DNA of 64,000 nt from Acidobacteriota bacterium (GTDB lineage: Bacteria; Acidobacteriota; Vicinamibacteria; Vicinamibacterales; UBA8438): NCBI GenBank assembly GCA_015659035.1, contig DQNS01000112.1, forward strand, positions 598-64,597, written 5' to 3'. A program made the position numbers and the translations under genes. Under the pieces are notes generated by a model that saw only the letters and a list, made by a program, of their open reading frames with translations, was not told the origin of the DNA and ran no database searches. Within the stretch, counting starts at the first letter, position 1. The number at the start of each line of letters is the position of its first letter. This document shows, piece after piece, positions 17,987-28,396 of this stretch.

Positions 17987-19972
17987 CTATCCCCCGAGTA
18001 ATGGCATCGCGCGCCGCTGCAGCACCTCCTGCACGGCCCGATGCGCCTCGAGGATGGCGGCGTCGGTGTGCGGGCTCGCCGCGGCGTCCGAGTTCGCGAT
18101 CGTGATCTGTCCGAACGGTTGGCGACCGACCACGCAGGGGCGTTCGTTGGTCGAGGTGAACACCCACTCCATTGGGTCATACAGGCTGTTGTAGGTGTAC
18201 GCGTACCCGTGCGGCCAGCGGTTCACCGAGATCGCCACGATGTCCCGCCCCGGATCGAACCCGCCGCCGCCCAGCACCCGGCCGAGCTGGTCCCGCAGCT
18301 TCCGCTCGAAGGTCGCGAAGGTGGTGCTCAGCAGATCCTGACGCCCGATCCGATGTTGCTCCCGGCGTGGCTTGCCGGGCGCGGCCGGATAGCGGGCCAG
18401 GCTGAGCACGATCGGTTCCTCGGGCGATTCCGCATGACGCAGGTCACCCAGGCTGACCGCCTCGTCGAGCGCCACCCGCGTGTGATACATGCTCGGTGTG
18501 CTGACACGGCTGACGCCGAGGTTCTGGAACGCGGTCCAGTTGCGGATCGCGATGCTCGTGTAGACCAGCGGTCCTTTCACCCCGAAGGCGAGCGCCTCCT
18601 TTTGCCGATCCGGCAGCTCCGGCACCAGATACGGGATCACCGTGTTCCAGCAGGCCATCACACACGCGCGAGCCCTGACCTGGTGGGTCTGGCCATCTCG
18701 GACGTAGCTGACCTCGACGTCCCGAGCCGACCCGGCGCCCCGGTGCCGCACGTTGACGACCGTGCTGTTCAGCCGGACCCGGACCGTCTGGTGTGCCCGG
18801 TCCAGCACTCCGTAGTCGACACGGGCGGTACCGACGTCCTCCTGCGTGGTTCCCGGCACCGCCGGCGGGATCAGCGAGCGCACCAGCAGCCGGGTGAGCG
18901 TCGCGTTGCCGTCGGGGAAGTGCACCGACCCGCCACCGGGGCGCTGGCGACCGTGGTGCCCACCCGGCAGGTCCGCGAGCACGCCGTCCGGGGTCGGCTC
19001 GAGGTTCATGCCGCCGAACCCCGGCTGCCCCGTCTCCCAGGCGAACAGCGCCGGCAGCGCATCGGCCCCGACGGCGAAGCTGCCGTTGCCGGCGCCCTGG
19101 AAGAACCACATCACCTGTGGGTCGACCTTCACGACGTTCAGCATGAAGTCGGTGTAGCTCATCTTCGCGAGCCGGGCCTTCTTCTCGGCCGATGACAGCG
19201 CCGGCAGGTAGTCTGGCAACGTCCCGTTGTAGAGCGCCAGCAGGTCCCGCTGCGCCGTGGCCGACAGCGGCGTCTTTGAAAGGAACTCCGCCGTGTAGCC
19301 CCGCCCGCGGTCGCGCTTCACGAACCGGTCCGCGCCCCAGGTCTCCTTGTCGAAGAAGTAGGCCGACCCCAGCCCCAAGCGGCGATACAAGCCGCGGCTC
19401 TCGGCGTTGTTGCTGCGGAACCGGTCGAGGTCGATGCCGATCGCGTTGAGCAAGGCCCGTGACGGGGCGTTGTAGCGCTCGGGCGACTCGATGTTCAGCG
19501 TCCCGCCGTTCAGCGCCAGCATCCGCCCGTTGTAGTGGAACTCGTTCCGCTTGGCATGTCCGCCAAAGTCGTCGTGGTTGTCGAGCACCAGCACCCGGGC
19601 CTCGCGGCCGACATGCGTGATGAAGAAGTGCGCGGCGGCCAGCCCGCTGATTCCGCCCCCCACGATCACCAGGTCATAGTGTTCCCCGGTGTCCCTCGCC
19701 CCCGACAGGTCCCAGCCCCGCTGGTCGCGCATCTGGTGCCCGACTTCCCACGAGCCGTCGTGGCTGCCGCGCATGCCGGTCTCGGTGGGCGGGTAGTAGT
19801 CGGGCGCCTGCTCCGGCGCGGGCGGCTGCCCGAGCGCGCTCGCCCACCGTGGCAGGACCAGCGCGCCGCCGACCGGGATCGCGACGCCGTTGATGAAGTC
19901 GCGTCGGGTGATCCGCCGGTGCATGCCAAGGTCGCGGTCGGACGCGTCCGCTATGCTGGTCATGTTGTTCAT
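17987..19972 (-). CDS. Tat-exported FAD/NAD(P)-binding oxidoreductase (spermidine-dehydrogenase-like amine oxidoreductase)
   Basis: Internal ATG of ORF 17987..20503; alternative starts at 19963 and 19924. It has a twin-arginine motif (HRRITRRDFINGV) and a dinucleotide fold (YDLVIVGGGISGLAAA). Confidence 0.75.
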   Translation of the reverse strand: MNNMTSIADASDRDLGMHRRITRRDFINGVAIPVGGALVLPRWASALGQPPAPEQAPDYYPPTETGMRGSHDGSWEVGHQMRDQRGWDLSGARDTGEHYDLVIVGGGISGLAAAHFFITHVGREARVLVLDNHDDFGGHAKRNEFHYNGRMLALNGGTLNIESPERYNAPSRALLNAIGIDLDRFRSNNAESRGLYRRLGLGSAYFFDKETWGADRFVKRDRGRGYTAEFLSKTPLSATAQRDLLALYNGTLPDYLPALSSAEKKARLAKMSYTDFMLNVVKVDPQVMWFFQGAGNGSFAVGADALPALFAWETGQPGFGGMNLEPTPDGVLADLPGGHHGRQRPGGGSVHFPDGNATLTRLLVRSLIPPAVPGTTQEDVGTARVDYGVLDRAHQTVRVRLNSTVVNVRHRGAGSARDVEVSYVRDGQTHQVRARACVMACWNTVIPYLVPELPDRQKEALAFGVKGPLVYTSIAIRNWTAFQNLGVSRVSTPSMYHTRVALDEAVSLGDLRHAESPEEPIVLSLARYPAAPGKPRREQHRIGRQDLLSTTFATFERKLRDQLGRVLGGGGFDPGRDIVAISVNRWPHGYAYTYNSLYDPMEWVFTSTNERPCVVGRQPFGQITIANSDAAASPHTDAAILEAHRAVQEVLQRRAMPLLGG

Positions 19973-20083
19973 GATGAATGGTGACCTCTCGAAACCCGAA
20001 ACCCACCAGCTGTCATCTCTCGCCAGCCTGCTTATATACCACCAACCTTGCCCGGATGGGTCCAGGCAGGCGATCATCGCCTC

Positions 20084-21124
20084 ATGGAGACCGCCATCGA
20101 CCGCGCACTTGCCCGTTATCCGCGCGAGACCCTGACCCGTACGCCGACGCCGTTCGACCGGCTGCCGCACGCCGGCGCGCGGCTCGGCTTGGACCTCTAC
20201 CTGAAACGGGACGACCTGACCGACCTGGCGCTCGGAGGCGACAAGCCACGCAAGCTCGAATACGAAGTGGCGAAGGCCCGGGCGTCCGGTGCGACGATTC
20301 TGGTCACCTGCGGCAGCGCGCAGAGCAACCATGCGCGTCTGACCACCGCGGCAGCCCGCCGGGTCGGGCTCGGCGCCGCGCTCGTGCTGAGCCGCGACGA
20401 CCGCCGGGTGTTCCAGGGGAATCTGCTGACCGTCTACCTGATGGGCGCCGACGTCCGGTTCGCCGACACCGACGACCATTGGGATCTCGAACGTCATGCG
20501 CACGCGCTGTGCGACGAGCTGCGTGCCGCCGGCGAGACGCCGTACTACATCCCGGTGAGCGGCTCGACGCCGCTGAGCTGTCTCGGGTATGTCCGGGCCG
20601 GTCTCGAGCTGGCTGACCAGATTGCCACGGTGCAGTTGCAGCCGGCCGCCGTCTACACCCCGTTCGGGACCGGCGGCATCTTCGCCGGCGTGCTGACGGC
20701 GCTGCGCGAGCGTGGCATCGGGTGTCCGGTCATCGGGATCAGCGTGAATCGCACCGTCCCCCGGTGCCGCGAGAGTCTCGACACCTGGTGGGCCGCCATC
20801 GGCAAGCTACTCGATCTCGACCCGGCCCGGCCTCAGGGACCGATCGAAATTCACGACCGGTTCGTCGGCCAGGGCTACGGCGATGCGACGGACGACTGCC
20901 TCGACGCCATCCTGCTGATGGCGGAAACCGAGGGGGTCCTGCTGGACCCGGTCTACTCAGGGAAGGTGTTCGCCGGTCTGTGCGCGCACCAGCACGAGGG
21001 ACGCTGGCAGCCGGACCAGCTGGTGGTGATGCTGCACTCGGGTGGGACGCCCGCGCTCTTCGCCTATCACGAGGAGATCCGCGCGCACCTCGTGAAGCGT
21101 GGGGTCGACGTGCCGGGCTGCTAG
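20084..21124 (+). CDS. PLP-dependent ACC deaminase / D-cysteine desulfhydrase family protein
   Basis: METAIDRALARYP...LYLKRDDLTDLALGGDKPRKLEY contains the family lysine motif. Later segments are GSAQSNHAR and HSGGTPALF. Confidence 0.8.
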   Translation: METAIDRALARYPRETLTRTPTPFDRLPHAGARLGLDLYLKRDDLTDLALGGDKPRKLEYEVAKARASGATILVTCGSAQSNHARLTTAAARRVGLGAALVLSRDDRRVFQGNLLTVYLMGADVRFADTDDHWDLERHAHALCDELRAAGETPYYIPVSGSTPLSCLGYVRAGLELADQIATVQLQPAAVYTPFGTGGIFAGVLTALRERGIGCPVIGISVNRTVPRCRESLDTWWAAIGKLLDLDPARPQGPIEIHDRFVGQGYGDATDDCLDAILLMAETEGVLLDPVYSGKVFAGLCAHQHEGRWQPDQLVVMLHSGGTPALFAYHEEIRAHLVKRGVDVPGC

Positions 21125-21208
21125 ACCCTTGGACAGCGTTTGTCGTGACAATTAAGTCAAGTTTTGATCCCGTTTGTTTCGCTCGCACCACCGGGCGGTG
21201 CTGAAGAA

Positions 21209-21252
21209 GGCGGCGAAGCCCTCAGGTGTCCTCCTGCCTCCTTCGTGTCTCC
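21209..21252 (+). repeat. CTCCTGY heptad-family repeat, copy 2 (overlaps the 3' end of the acyl-CoA synthetase ORF)
   Basis: GGCGGCGAAGCCCTCAGGTGTCCTCCTGCCTCCTTCGTGTCTCC. On the minus strand it supplies the odd C-terminal tail ...ETRRRQEDT. Confidence 0.7.
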
Positions 21253-22856
21253 AGCTCCCTGGTCGAGATCTCACGCATCCGATACTTCTGCACCTTGCCG
21301 GTCACCGTCATCGGAAACGCGTCCACGATCTTCCAGTACCGGGGAATCTTGTAGGTGGCGATGGTGCCGCGGCAGAAGGCGGTCAGCCCCTTGGCGTCGA
21401 CGCTGGCGTTCGGTTTCGGTTTGACCCACGCCATGACCTCTTCGCCGTAGCGGGCCGACGGCACGCCGATGACCTGGGCATCAGCCACGTCGGGGTGCGT
21501 GTAGAGGAACTCCTCGATCTCGCGCGGGTACACGTTCTCGCCGCCGCGAATGATCATGTCCTTGATCCGGCCGACGATACTGACGTAGCCGTCGTCGTCC
21601 ATCGAGGCCAGGTCGCCGGTGTGCATCCACCGTCCCGCGTCGATCGCCGCGGCCGTGGCGGTCGCGTCGTTCCAGTAGCCCAGCATGACGCAGTAGCCAC
21701 GGGTGCACAGCTCGCCGCTCTCGTTGCGCCCCAGCACGCGTCCGCTCTCAGGGTCGACGATCTTGACCGCGACATGGGGATGCACCGACCCGACGGTCGT
21801 CACCCGCTTCTCGACCGGGTCGTCGACCCGGGTCTGCGTCGAGACCGGCGAGGTCTCGGTCATCCCGTAGCAGATCGTGATTTCGGGGATGTGCATCCGC
21901 TCGCGCACCTGCTTCATCACCTCCACCGGGCAGGGCGACCCTGCCATGACGCCGGTGCGAAGCGACGAGAAGTCGGTGCGATCGAAGTCGGGGTGGTCGA
22001 GCTGCGCGATAAACATGGTCGGGACGCCGTAGAGCGACGTGCAGCGTTCCGCTTCAATGGCCGCGAGCGTGCCTCTCGGATCGAACCCCTCGCCGGGCAC
22101 GACGATGCACGCCCCGTGGCTGGTACAGGCCAGATTGCCGATGACCATGCCGAAGCAGTGGTAGAACGGCACCGGCACGCACACCCGATCGACTTCGGTG
22201 TAGCGGAGCACCTCGCCGCAGAAGAAGCCGTTGTTCAGGATGTTGTGGTGCGACAACGTCGCGCCCTTGGGCGCGCCGGTGGTGCCGGAGGTGTACTGGA
22301 TGTTGATCGGGTCGTCGAACGTCAGGCTGGCCTCGCGCGCCGCCAGCCGGTCGTCGTCGATCGACCCGCTCTCGTCGAGCAATGTCGTCCACTCGCCGTC
22401 GAGAACCACAGCCTCCCGCAGCGCGGGGCACTCGGGGCGGACCCGGTCCAGAATCTCCACGTAGTCGGTCTGCCGGAACCGGCGCGCCAGCAGCAACAGC
22501 GTCAGCCCCGATTGTGCGAGCGCGTGACCGAGCTCCTGCGCCTTGTAGGCGGGATTGATGTTGACCAGGATCGCGCCGACCCGGGCGGTGGCGTACTGGA
22601 TGACGACCCACTCGAAGCGGTTGGGGGACCAGATGCCGACCCGGTCCCCCTTCTCGATGCCACGCGCCAGCAGCGCCTTGGCCAGCGTCGTTGTGGTGTC
22701 CCAGAGCTGTCGGTAGGTGGCCCGATACTCCTGGGCGGGCGCCACCAGCGCGTCCCGGTCGCCAAAGCGATCCACGGTGCGTCGGAGATTGGCGCCGATC
22801 GTCTCGCCCAGAAGGGCGACGGGGCTGGCGCCGTGCACGTAGGACGGCAAGCTCAT
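21222..22856 (-). CDS. AMP-dependent acyl-CoA synthetase/ligase
   Basis: It has the AMP-binding signature [11 protein letters not shown], the motif [23 protein letters not shown], and a C-terminal [10 protein letters not shown]. Confidence 0.9.
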   Translation of the reverse strand: MSLPSYVHGASPVALLGETIGANLRRTVDRFGDRDALVAPAQEYRATYRQLWDTTTTLAKALLARGIEKGDRVGIWSPNRFEWVVIQYATARVGAILVNINPAYKAQELGHALAQSGLTLLLLARRFRQTDYVEILDRVRPECPALREAVVLDGEWTTLLDESGSIDDDRLAAREASLTFDDPINIQYTSGTTGAPKGATLSHHNILNNGFFCGEVLRYTEVDRVCVPVPFYHCFGMVIGNLACTSHGACIVVPGEGFDPRGTLAAIEAERCTSLYGVPTMFIAQLDHPDFDRTDFSSLRTGVMAGSPCPVEVMKQVRERMHIPEITICYGMTETSPVSTQTRVDDPVEKRVTTVGSVHPHVAVKIVDPESGRVLGRNESGELCTRGYCVMLGYWNDATATAAAIDAGRWMHTGDLASMDDDGYVSIVGRIKDMIIRGGENVYPREIEEFLYTHPDVADAQVIGVPSARYGEEVMAWVKPKPNASVDAKGLTAFCRGTIATYKIPRYWKIVDAFPMTVTGKVQKYRMREISTRELETRRRQEDT

Positions 22857-22962
22857 GTGGGGTGGGCAGCATACTGTGCGGCAGAGGGCAGATGCAAAAG
22901 GCGTTCAGCCCAGACACGCGTCAGGTCGCCGGGCTCGCGCCGAGGCAGGGACGGTACGGGAG

Positions 22963-22979
22963 CGCTAGACTCCTTGAAC
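22963..22979 (+). repeat. 17-nt exact match to one arm of the 45483..45575 element
   Basis: CGCTAGACTCCTTGAAC equals the reverse complement of 45563..45579. Confidence 0.8.
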
Positions 22980-23073
22980 GTAGGGACGGTCTGAGGCGGC
23001 GCCTCGTTAGTGATAGCATCCGTGCAGTCTGGCGGTCGGCTGTGGCACATATCGCACATCGTGACGAGGCCCG

Positions 23074-24228
23074 GTGAACTCTGACACTCCGCCCTCACGC
23101 GGTCTCGACCTGACCCCACGCCAGCGGACGACAATCGCTTCGGCCCTGACGATTCTGGGCGTCGTGGTGATCCTCGGCGCGGTCGGCTTGCTCACCTGGC
23201 TCGTCTCGGCCTTCCTTCGCTACTTCTCCAGCGTCTTCCTCCCGCTTGCGGTCGGCGGGGTGAGCGCGATGGTCTTCAGGCCCTACTACCAGCTGCTACA
23301 GAAGAAGCTTCGGTTGCCCATGCCGCTGGCCGTGGCCGCCGTCTTCCTGTCTTTACTCGTGCCGCTCGGTGCCTTCGGCGGGTTCTTCGGTGAGCGGATC
23401 GCCGATCAAATCTCGGAGATGGTCGCGAAGTTCCCGGCGTGGTGGGAGGGCGTCACGTCCCAGGCGGCCGAGCGCTGGCCCGACGTGCGGGAGTTCCTCG
23501 AGACCAACCCCTGGGCCGTGCGGGCGCGCGAGGCGCTGGAGGGTCAGGGTGGCGCGATCGCCACGGGTCTTCAGGAGGTCGGCCAGCGTGCGCTGTCCGC
23601 GGGACGCGGACTCCTGGCGGCGGTCACGGGTGTGCTCTCCTGGTTCATGGTCCCGGTCTACTTCGCCTTCTTCCTGGCGGTGGGCGGTTCGGTGTCCGGC
23701 GATCTGGGACAGCACTTCCCGTTTCTCAAACCGGAGACCCGCCGCGATGTCGTGTTCCTGCTGAGGGAGTTCGTCAACATCCTCGTCGCCTTCTTCCGGG
23801 GACAGCTGATCGTCGCCTTCCTGCAGGGGTTGCTGTTTGCGATCGGGTTCAGCCTGGTCGGGTTGCAGTACGGGTTCGTGATCGGGTTGATGCTCGGGTT
23901 CCTCAACATCATTCCGTATCTCGGCAGCATGATCGGGCTGGGTGTCGCCGTGCCACTGGCGTACTTCCAGTCTGGCGGCGGCGGGACGACCGTCGTGCTC
24001 GTCCTCGTCACGTTCGCCGTCGTGCAGTCCATCGAGGGCTACGTGCTGACGCCACGCATCATGGGGGACAGGACGGGACTCCACCCGATGGCAATCATCG
24101 TGGCCGTCTTCTTCTGGGGCGCCGCGATCCAGGGGATGCTGGGGATGATCCTCGCCATTCCGTTGACTGCATTCCTGGTCGTTTTCTGGCGACTGCTGCG
24201 CGAGAAGTACATCACCGAGTTGGTCTAG
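23074..24228 (+). CDS. AI-2E family transporter (PerM-like permease)
   Basis: GTG start. It has about 8 hydrophobic segments, and NIIPYLGSMIGL...VQSIEGYVLTPRIMG is typical of the AI-2E/UPF0118 family. Confidence 0.8.
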   Translation: MNSDTPPSRGLDLTPRQRTTIASALTILGVVVILGAVGLLTWLVSAFLRYFSSVFLPLAVGGVSAMVFRPYYQLLQKKLRLPMPLAVAAVFLSLLVPLGAFGGFFGERIADQISEMVAKFPAWWEGVTSQAAERWPDVREFLETNPWAVRAREALEGQGGAIATGLQEVGQRALSAGRGLLAAVTGVLSWFMVPVYFAFFLAVGGSVSGDLGQHFPFLKPETRRDVVFLLREFVNILVAFFRGQLIVAFLQGLLFAIGFSLVGLQYGFVIGLMLGFLNIIPYLGSMIGLGVAVPLAYFQSGGGGTTVVLVLVTFAVVQSIEGYVLTPRIMGDRTGLHPMAIIVAVFFWGAAIQGMLGMILAIPLTAFLVVFWRLLREKYITELV

Positions 24229-24491
24229 CAGGATGTGGTGAACGTCCCGCGTGGCACCGGGAGGACGGCGTCCTCGATCTCCGGTCCGTCCAGTGGGCCC
24301 TCCGGTAGCGAGCGAATCGTCCCGTCCACCCGGATTGACGGCGGCAACCCGGCGACCAGCAGCAGATCGCTGGCCCCGCGTTCGGTCACGATCGTCAGCC
24401 AGTGCGCCAGCCGGGACGGGCCGCCGGCGCCGTCGCTCTGCCAGGCATTCAGCGCGTCGGCGAGCCGATCGATGTCGGGGGCCTTTTTCAT
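24225..24491 (-). pseudogene. orphan N-terminal fragment of a PilT/GspE-type secretion ATPase
   Basis: MKKAPDIDRLADAL...ERGASDLLLVAGLPPSIRVDGTIRSLPEGPL matches the PilT N-terminal ASDLHL..G.PP..R..G pattern. The frame stops after about 88 aa with no Walker A. Confidence 0.55.
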
Positions 24492-24558
24492 GACTGGCAG
24501 GCTGCCGAAAACGTTCGGCTGCTCCTCGGGCTTCAGCCGGGTGCGCTCTCCACACACA

Positions 24559-25539
24559 TCACGTCAGCGACAATAGGCTCCGCCGGAGGGTCTCCGAGAC
24601 GAGCGATATCTTGTATCGGTTGCGCGCCAACGCTCGCGCACCCTCGACCGCGGCGGCGCCGGCGGCGGCGGCCAGCTCCGGGGTGAGGCGCTTGCCCACC
24701 AGCAGTCGTTCGACCGCCGCGACCCGCCAAGGAATCGGTGCCACGCCGCCCAGGGCGATCGCAGCGCGTCGGCAGACCCCGGGGTCGTCGCCGTCGTCGT
24801 CCAAGGTCAGGACCACCGCCGTGCTGACGACCGCGTGGGTCCACGCCTCGCGGTCCCTCACCTTGGTGTAGACGCTGCGCGCGCCGGGGCGCGGCGGTAG
24901 CGCCAGCTCGGTGACGATCTCGCCCGGCCGCAGCACGTTCTCGCGGGACACATCCTCGCTGGGCAGGACAAAGAACTCCCGGATGGGAAGCCAGCGGTCG
25001 CCGGCGTCGCCGACGATGTGGATCTGCGCGTCGAGCGCGACCAGCGCGGGCGCCGTGTCCGACGGGTGCACGATGAAGCTGGGGCCGCCACCTAGGATCG
25101 CGTTGAACTGATTTTCCCCCGTCCGGGAGAAGCATCGGGTGCCGCCGTGCTTGTAACAAGGAAAGCCCTGACGAAAATACCAGCACCAGGGGCGCTGGGT
25201 CAGGTTGCCGGCCAGGGTACCGGCGTTCCGGATCTGCGGTGTGCCCACCGACCCGGCCGCCTCGGCCAGCACCGCGTAGCGATCGCGGATCACAGGGTGC
25301 CGACTGAGCGCGCTGAGGGTGATCATCCCGCCGACCTGGACACCGCCGCCCGGCCGCGGCGCGATGGTGTCGAGCCCCGAGAGCTGCGTCAACCGGACGA
25401 GCCGGTCGGGTGCGGCCAGATCGTCCTTGATCATCCCGAGCAGATCGCTGCCGCCACCGACCGGCGCGGCACCCGTATCCCGCAACGCGGCGGTCGCGGC
25501 AGCGAGCGAGTCGGGGCTCATGTGCGCGAACCGTTTCAC
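24559..25539 (-). CDS. FAD-binding subunit of a xanthine dehydrogenase/aldehyde oxidoreductase family enzyme (PaoB/CoxM-like)
   Basis: The GTG at 25539 overlaps the upstream stop (GTGA); an alternative ATG is at 25521. GGGSDLLGMIKD...AGTLAGNL is typical of molybdopterin dehydrogenase FAD-binding subunits. Confidence 0.8.
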   Translation of the reverse strand: MKRFAHMSPDSLAAATAALRDTGAAPVGGGSDLLGMIKDDLAAPDRLVRLTQLSGLDTIAPRPGGGVQVGGMITLSALSRHPVIRDRYAVLAEAAGSVGTPQIRNAGTLAGNLTQRPWCWYFRQGFPCYKHGGTRCFSRTGENQFNAILGGGPSFIVHPSDTAPALVALDAQIHIVGDAGDRWLPIREFFVLPSEDVSRENVLRPGEIVTELALPPRPGARSVYTKVRDREAWTHAVVSTAVVLTLDDDGDDPGVCRRAAIALGGVAPIPWRVAAVERLLVGKRLTPELAAAAGAAAVEGARALARNRYKISLVSETLRRSLLSLT

Positions 25540-28235
25540 GCTAGCGTCTCCAGGATCCGATCGCGCGAGAACGGCAGCTCGTTCAATCGCCGCCCAGTCG
25601 CGTTGAAGATCGCGTTGCCGATCGCGGCCACCACCGGGATGATCGGCGGTTCGCCGATCGCCTTGGCCCCGTACGGTCCATAGGCGTCTTCCGGCTCCAC
25701 GAAGTGGACCTCGATCTCCGGGGTGTCCAGATGCGTCATCACCCGGGCGCCGTAGTAGCCGGGGTTGACCGGGATACCGGTGGCCCGGTCGTAGAGCAGC
25801 TCCTCGTGCAGCGCCATGCCGATGCCGATCGTGACACCGCCCTTCACCTGGCTGGCGGCGGTCAGCGGGTTGAGGATGCGGCCGCTCTCGTGCACGGCCA
25901 CATACCTGACCACCCGGACGTGCCCGACCGGCATGTCCACCGCGAGCTCGACGAAATGCGCAGCGCTGGCGTAGCGAGCCATCCCGTCGATCCGTGGATT
26001 CGTCGTTGCCTCGGCCACGAGCACCGCGTCGCCTCGGGGCGGACCCTGGGCGGACAGCTGCTGCGTGAGATCGGCAGCCGCCGCGAGCACGGCGTCGCCG
26101 GTCTGCACCGTCGTCCGGCTGCCGGATTCGCCAACCGAATAGGGACAGCGATCGGTGTCGCCCCAGACCACTCTCACGTCGTCGAGACGCATCTCCATCG
26201 CCTCGGCGGCCAGTAGTGCCATCGTCGTCTTGGCGGCGGTGCCGATGTCGGTGACCCCCACGTGGACCCAAAGATGTCCGTCGCCGTCGAGCCGCAGCAC
26301 GGCGCTGCTCCGGCCGGTGCGCGCGCTGAAAGCACCGGTCGCCATCCCGACACCACGTCGCACGGCTGGCTCCCCGGCGCCGGCGCGGCGCCATCGTGAC
26401 GCCCAGCCGAAGACCTCAGCCCCCCGCTCGATGCATTCTCTCAGCGCCCAGCTCGTGTAGGGCGTCTCGTCCATGTAGGCGCGGCTGACGTTCTTCAGGT
26501 GGAACGCCACCGGGTCGATCTCGAGCTCGTGGGCCATCTGGTCCATCATCGACTCGATGCCCCAGACCCCCTGCGGATACGCCGGTCCGCGGAAGTTCGC
26601 GCTGACCGTCATGTTCGTGTAGGTCGGGTGCACCACGCGCCGGACGTTGGGGCAACGGAATAGCTCGATCCCCGCGATGCCGCCGCTGCTCTTGCGGTGC
26701 GGACCGAGCCCGCTATAGCCGCGCAGCTCGATCGCCTTCAGGGTGCCGTCTCGGGTTGCGCCCACACGGTAGTACTGCCGCGTGGGCCAGCGGCCGTGCA
26801 CGCCGAGGAAATCCTCTTTCCGCGTGTACTCCAGCTTGACGGCGTTACCGGTCTCGCGGGCCAACACCGCCGCGATCAGGTCCGAGTCCTGACACTGGTT
26901 CTTGTTCCCGAACCCGCCGCCCATGTACTCGCAGACGACGCGGACGTCTGCCGGCGGCAGGTCGAGGTCGCGCGCCAGGTCGCGCTGGCAGTTCGAGACC
27001 CCCTGTGTCGGCGTCCAGACGGTCAGCCGGTCGCCGTCCCACCGGGCGACGCTGACACGCGGCTCGAGCTGAGCGTTGTTGATGTGCTTCGAGGTGAAGG
27101 CGTCCTCCAGCACCACATCCGACGCTGCGAATCCCGCGTCGAGTTCGCCACGCTCGTAGACCTCGGGCTCGCGCACGCCGCGGCCGCGCGTCGCTAGATT
27201 CCCGCCCGGCTGTATCTCCACGGCGCCGGGGCGCAACGCCTCTTCCGGGTCGAGCACGAAGTCCAGCGGCTCGTAGTCGACCACAATCGCCTTGAGCGCC
27301 TCCTCGGCGGTGTGACGGTCGACGGCCGCCACCGCCGCCACCGGGTCGCCCACGAACCGCACCGGGTCGTTGAAGAGAAACCGGTCGTTCCGCGAATCGC
27401 CGCTCGTCCAGACGACGTCGCAGGTGTTACGGCTGATCACGGCGCGCACGCCCGGTAGCCGCTCGGCGGGCCGCGTGTCGACGCGGCGGACCCGGGCGTG
27501 CGGATGGGGGCTGCGCAGCACCCGCGCGTACAGCATGCCGGGGAGTCGCACGTCGCCCGTATAGCGCGCCCGGCCGGTCACCCGTTCCGGGGCGTCGATA
27601 CGGGGGGTGAGGACCCCCACCGTCGTCAGCGCCCGCGCCGAGGCCGCGTCGGGCGAGGCGCCGTCGAGCACCGCCTCGACATACCGGTTGTAATTCGAGC
27701 AGCGGCAGATGTTGCCGACCAGGCCCTCGCGGACCTGGTCCCTGGTGGGGTTCGCGGTGTCGTCGAGCAGGGCGCTAGCCGACATCAGCTGGCCCGCGGT
27801 GCAGAACCCGCACTGCGGACCGTCGTGTTCGACGAACCGTTGTTGCAGCGGGTTCAGCCGGTCGCCGTCGGCCAGCCCTTCGACGGTGGACACCTCCCGG
27901 CCGTCGGCCCAGACCGCGAGCTGGCTGCAGGCGTAGACGGTGGTGCCGTCGAGCCGGACCGTGCAGGCGCCGCACTCGCCCCGGTCGCAGCCAACCTTGG
28001 TTCCGGTCAGACCCAGGTGGTCGCGCAGAACCTCGGCCAGTGTCCAGCGGTCCTCGACCTCGAGGGCGTGTGTCTCGCCGTTGACACGCAGAGAGATACG
28101 CGTACGTGGAGCGGGGTCAGCCGGCTGGTCGCCGACCGGCTGCCCCGCGCCACGCATCTTCAGCGTGGGCAGGGTCGTGGCGGCGGCGAGCGCCCCCGTA
28201 CGTTCGATGAACGAGCGTCGCGAGATGCGGCCCAT
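25536..28235 (-). CDS. Tat-exported fusion of a [2Fe-2S] subunit and a molybdopterin-binding subunit (xanthine dehydrogenase/aldehyde oxidoreductase family, PaoA-PaoC-like)
   Basis: The twin-arginine signal is MGRISRRSFIERTGALAAA. The two 2Fe-2S motifs are CDRGECGACTV and CGFCTAG...CRCSNY. They are followed by about 680 aa of a large-subunit-like sequence. Confidence 0.85.
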   Translation of the reverse strand: MGRISRRSFIERTGALAAATTLPTLKMRGAGQPVGDQPADPAPRTRISLRVNGETHALEVEDRWTLAEVLRDHLGLTGTKVGCDRGECGACTVRLDGTTVYACSQLAVWADGREVSTVEGLADGDRLNPLQQRFVEHDGPQCGFCTAGQLMSASALLDDTANPTRDQVREGLVGNICRCSNYNRYVEAVLDGASPDAASARALTTVGVLTPRIDAPERVTGRARYTGDVRLPGMLYARVLRSPHPHARVRRVDTRPAERLPGVRAVISRNTCDVVWTSGDSRNDRFLFNDPVRFVGDPVAAVAAVDRHTAEEALKAIVVDYEPLDFVLDPEEALRPGAVEIQPGGNLATRGRGVREPEVYERGELDAGFAASDVVLEDAFTSKHINNAQLEPRVSVARWDGDRLTVWTPTQGVSNCQRDLARDLDLPPADVRVVCEYMGGGFGNKNQCQDSDLIAAVLARETGNAVKLEYTRKEDFLGVHGRWPTRQYYRVGATRDGTLKAIELRGYSGLGPHRKSSGGIAGIELFRCPNVRRVVHPTYTNMTVSANFRGPAYPQGVWGIESMMDQMAHELEIDPVAFHLKNVSRAYMDETPYTSWALRECIERGAEVFGWASRWRRAGAGEPAVRRGVGMATGAFSARTGRSSAVLRLDGDGHLWVHVGVTDIGTAAKTTMALLAAEAMEMRLDDVRVVWGDTDRCPYSVGESGSRTTVQTGDAVLAAAADLTQQLSAQGPPRGDAVLVAEATTNPRIDGMARYASAAHFVELAVDMPVGHVRVVRYVAVHESGRILNPLTAASQVKGGVTIGIGMALHEELLYDRATGIPVNPGYYGARVMTHLDTPEIEVHFVEPEDAYGPYGAKAIGEPPIIPVVAAIGNAIFNATGRRLNELPFSRDRILETLA

Positions 28236-28396
28236 GCCTCGCTCAAGCCTCGATCCGCCAGGGGAGACTGATGCCGGCCCTGTCCGCCTGGGACTCTCAG
28301 TGTGTCCTGGCTCAGGGAGATGGTGCAGAATAGCATGAACACGCTGTGACCTGCGGCCCCGGAAACAACGGTCACGTGTGTGGAGGAGTTAGACAC

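Noticed and set aside
28236-28396. Possible Moco riboswitch upstream of the Tat-exported molybdoenzyme gene. The minus-strand leader contains CUCCCUGAGCC, reminiscent of the conserved CUCCGAGCC.
   Set aside because: The second conserved block appears only as its complement (CCCAGGCGG instead of CCGCCUGGG), and I could not build the expected helices by eye. A covariance-model scan (Rfam Moco_RNA_motif) would be needed to settle this.
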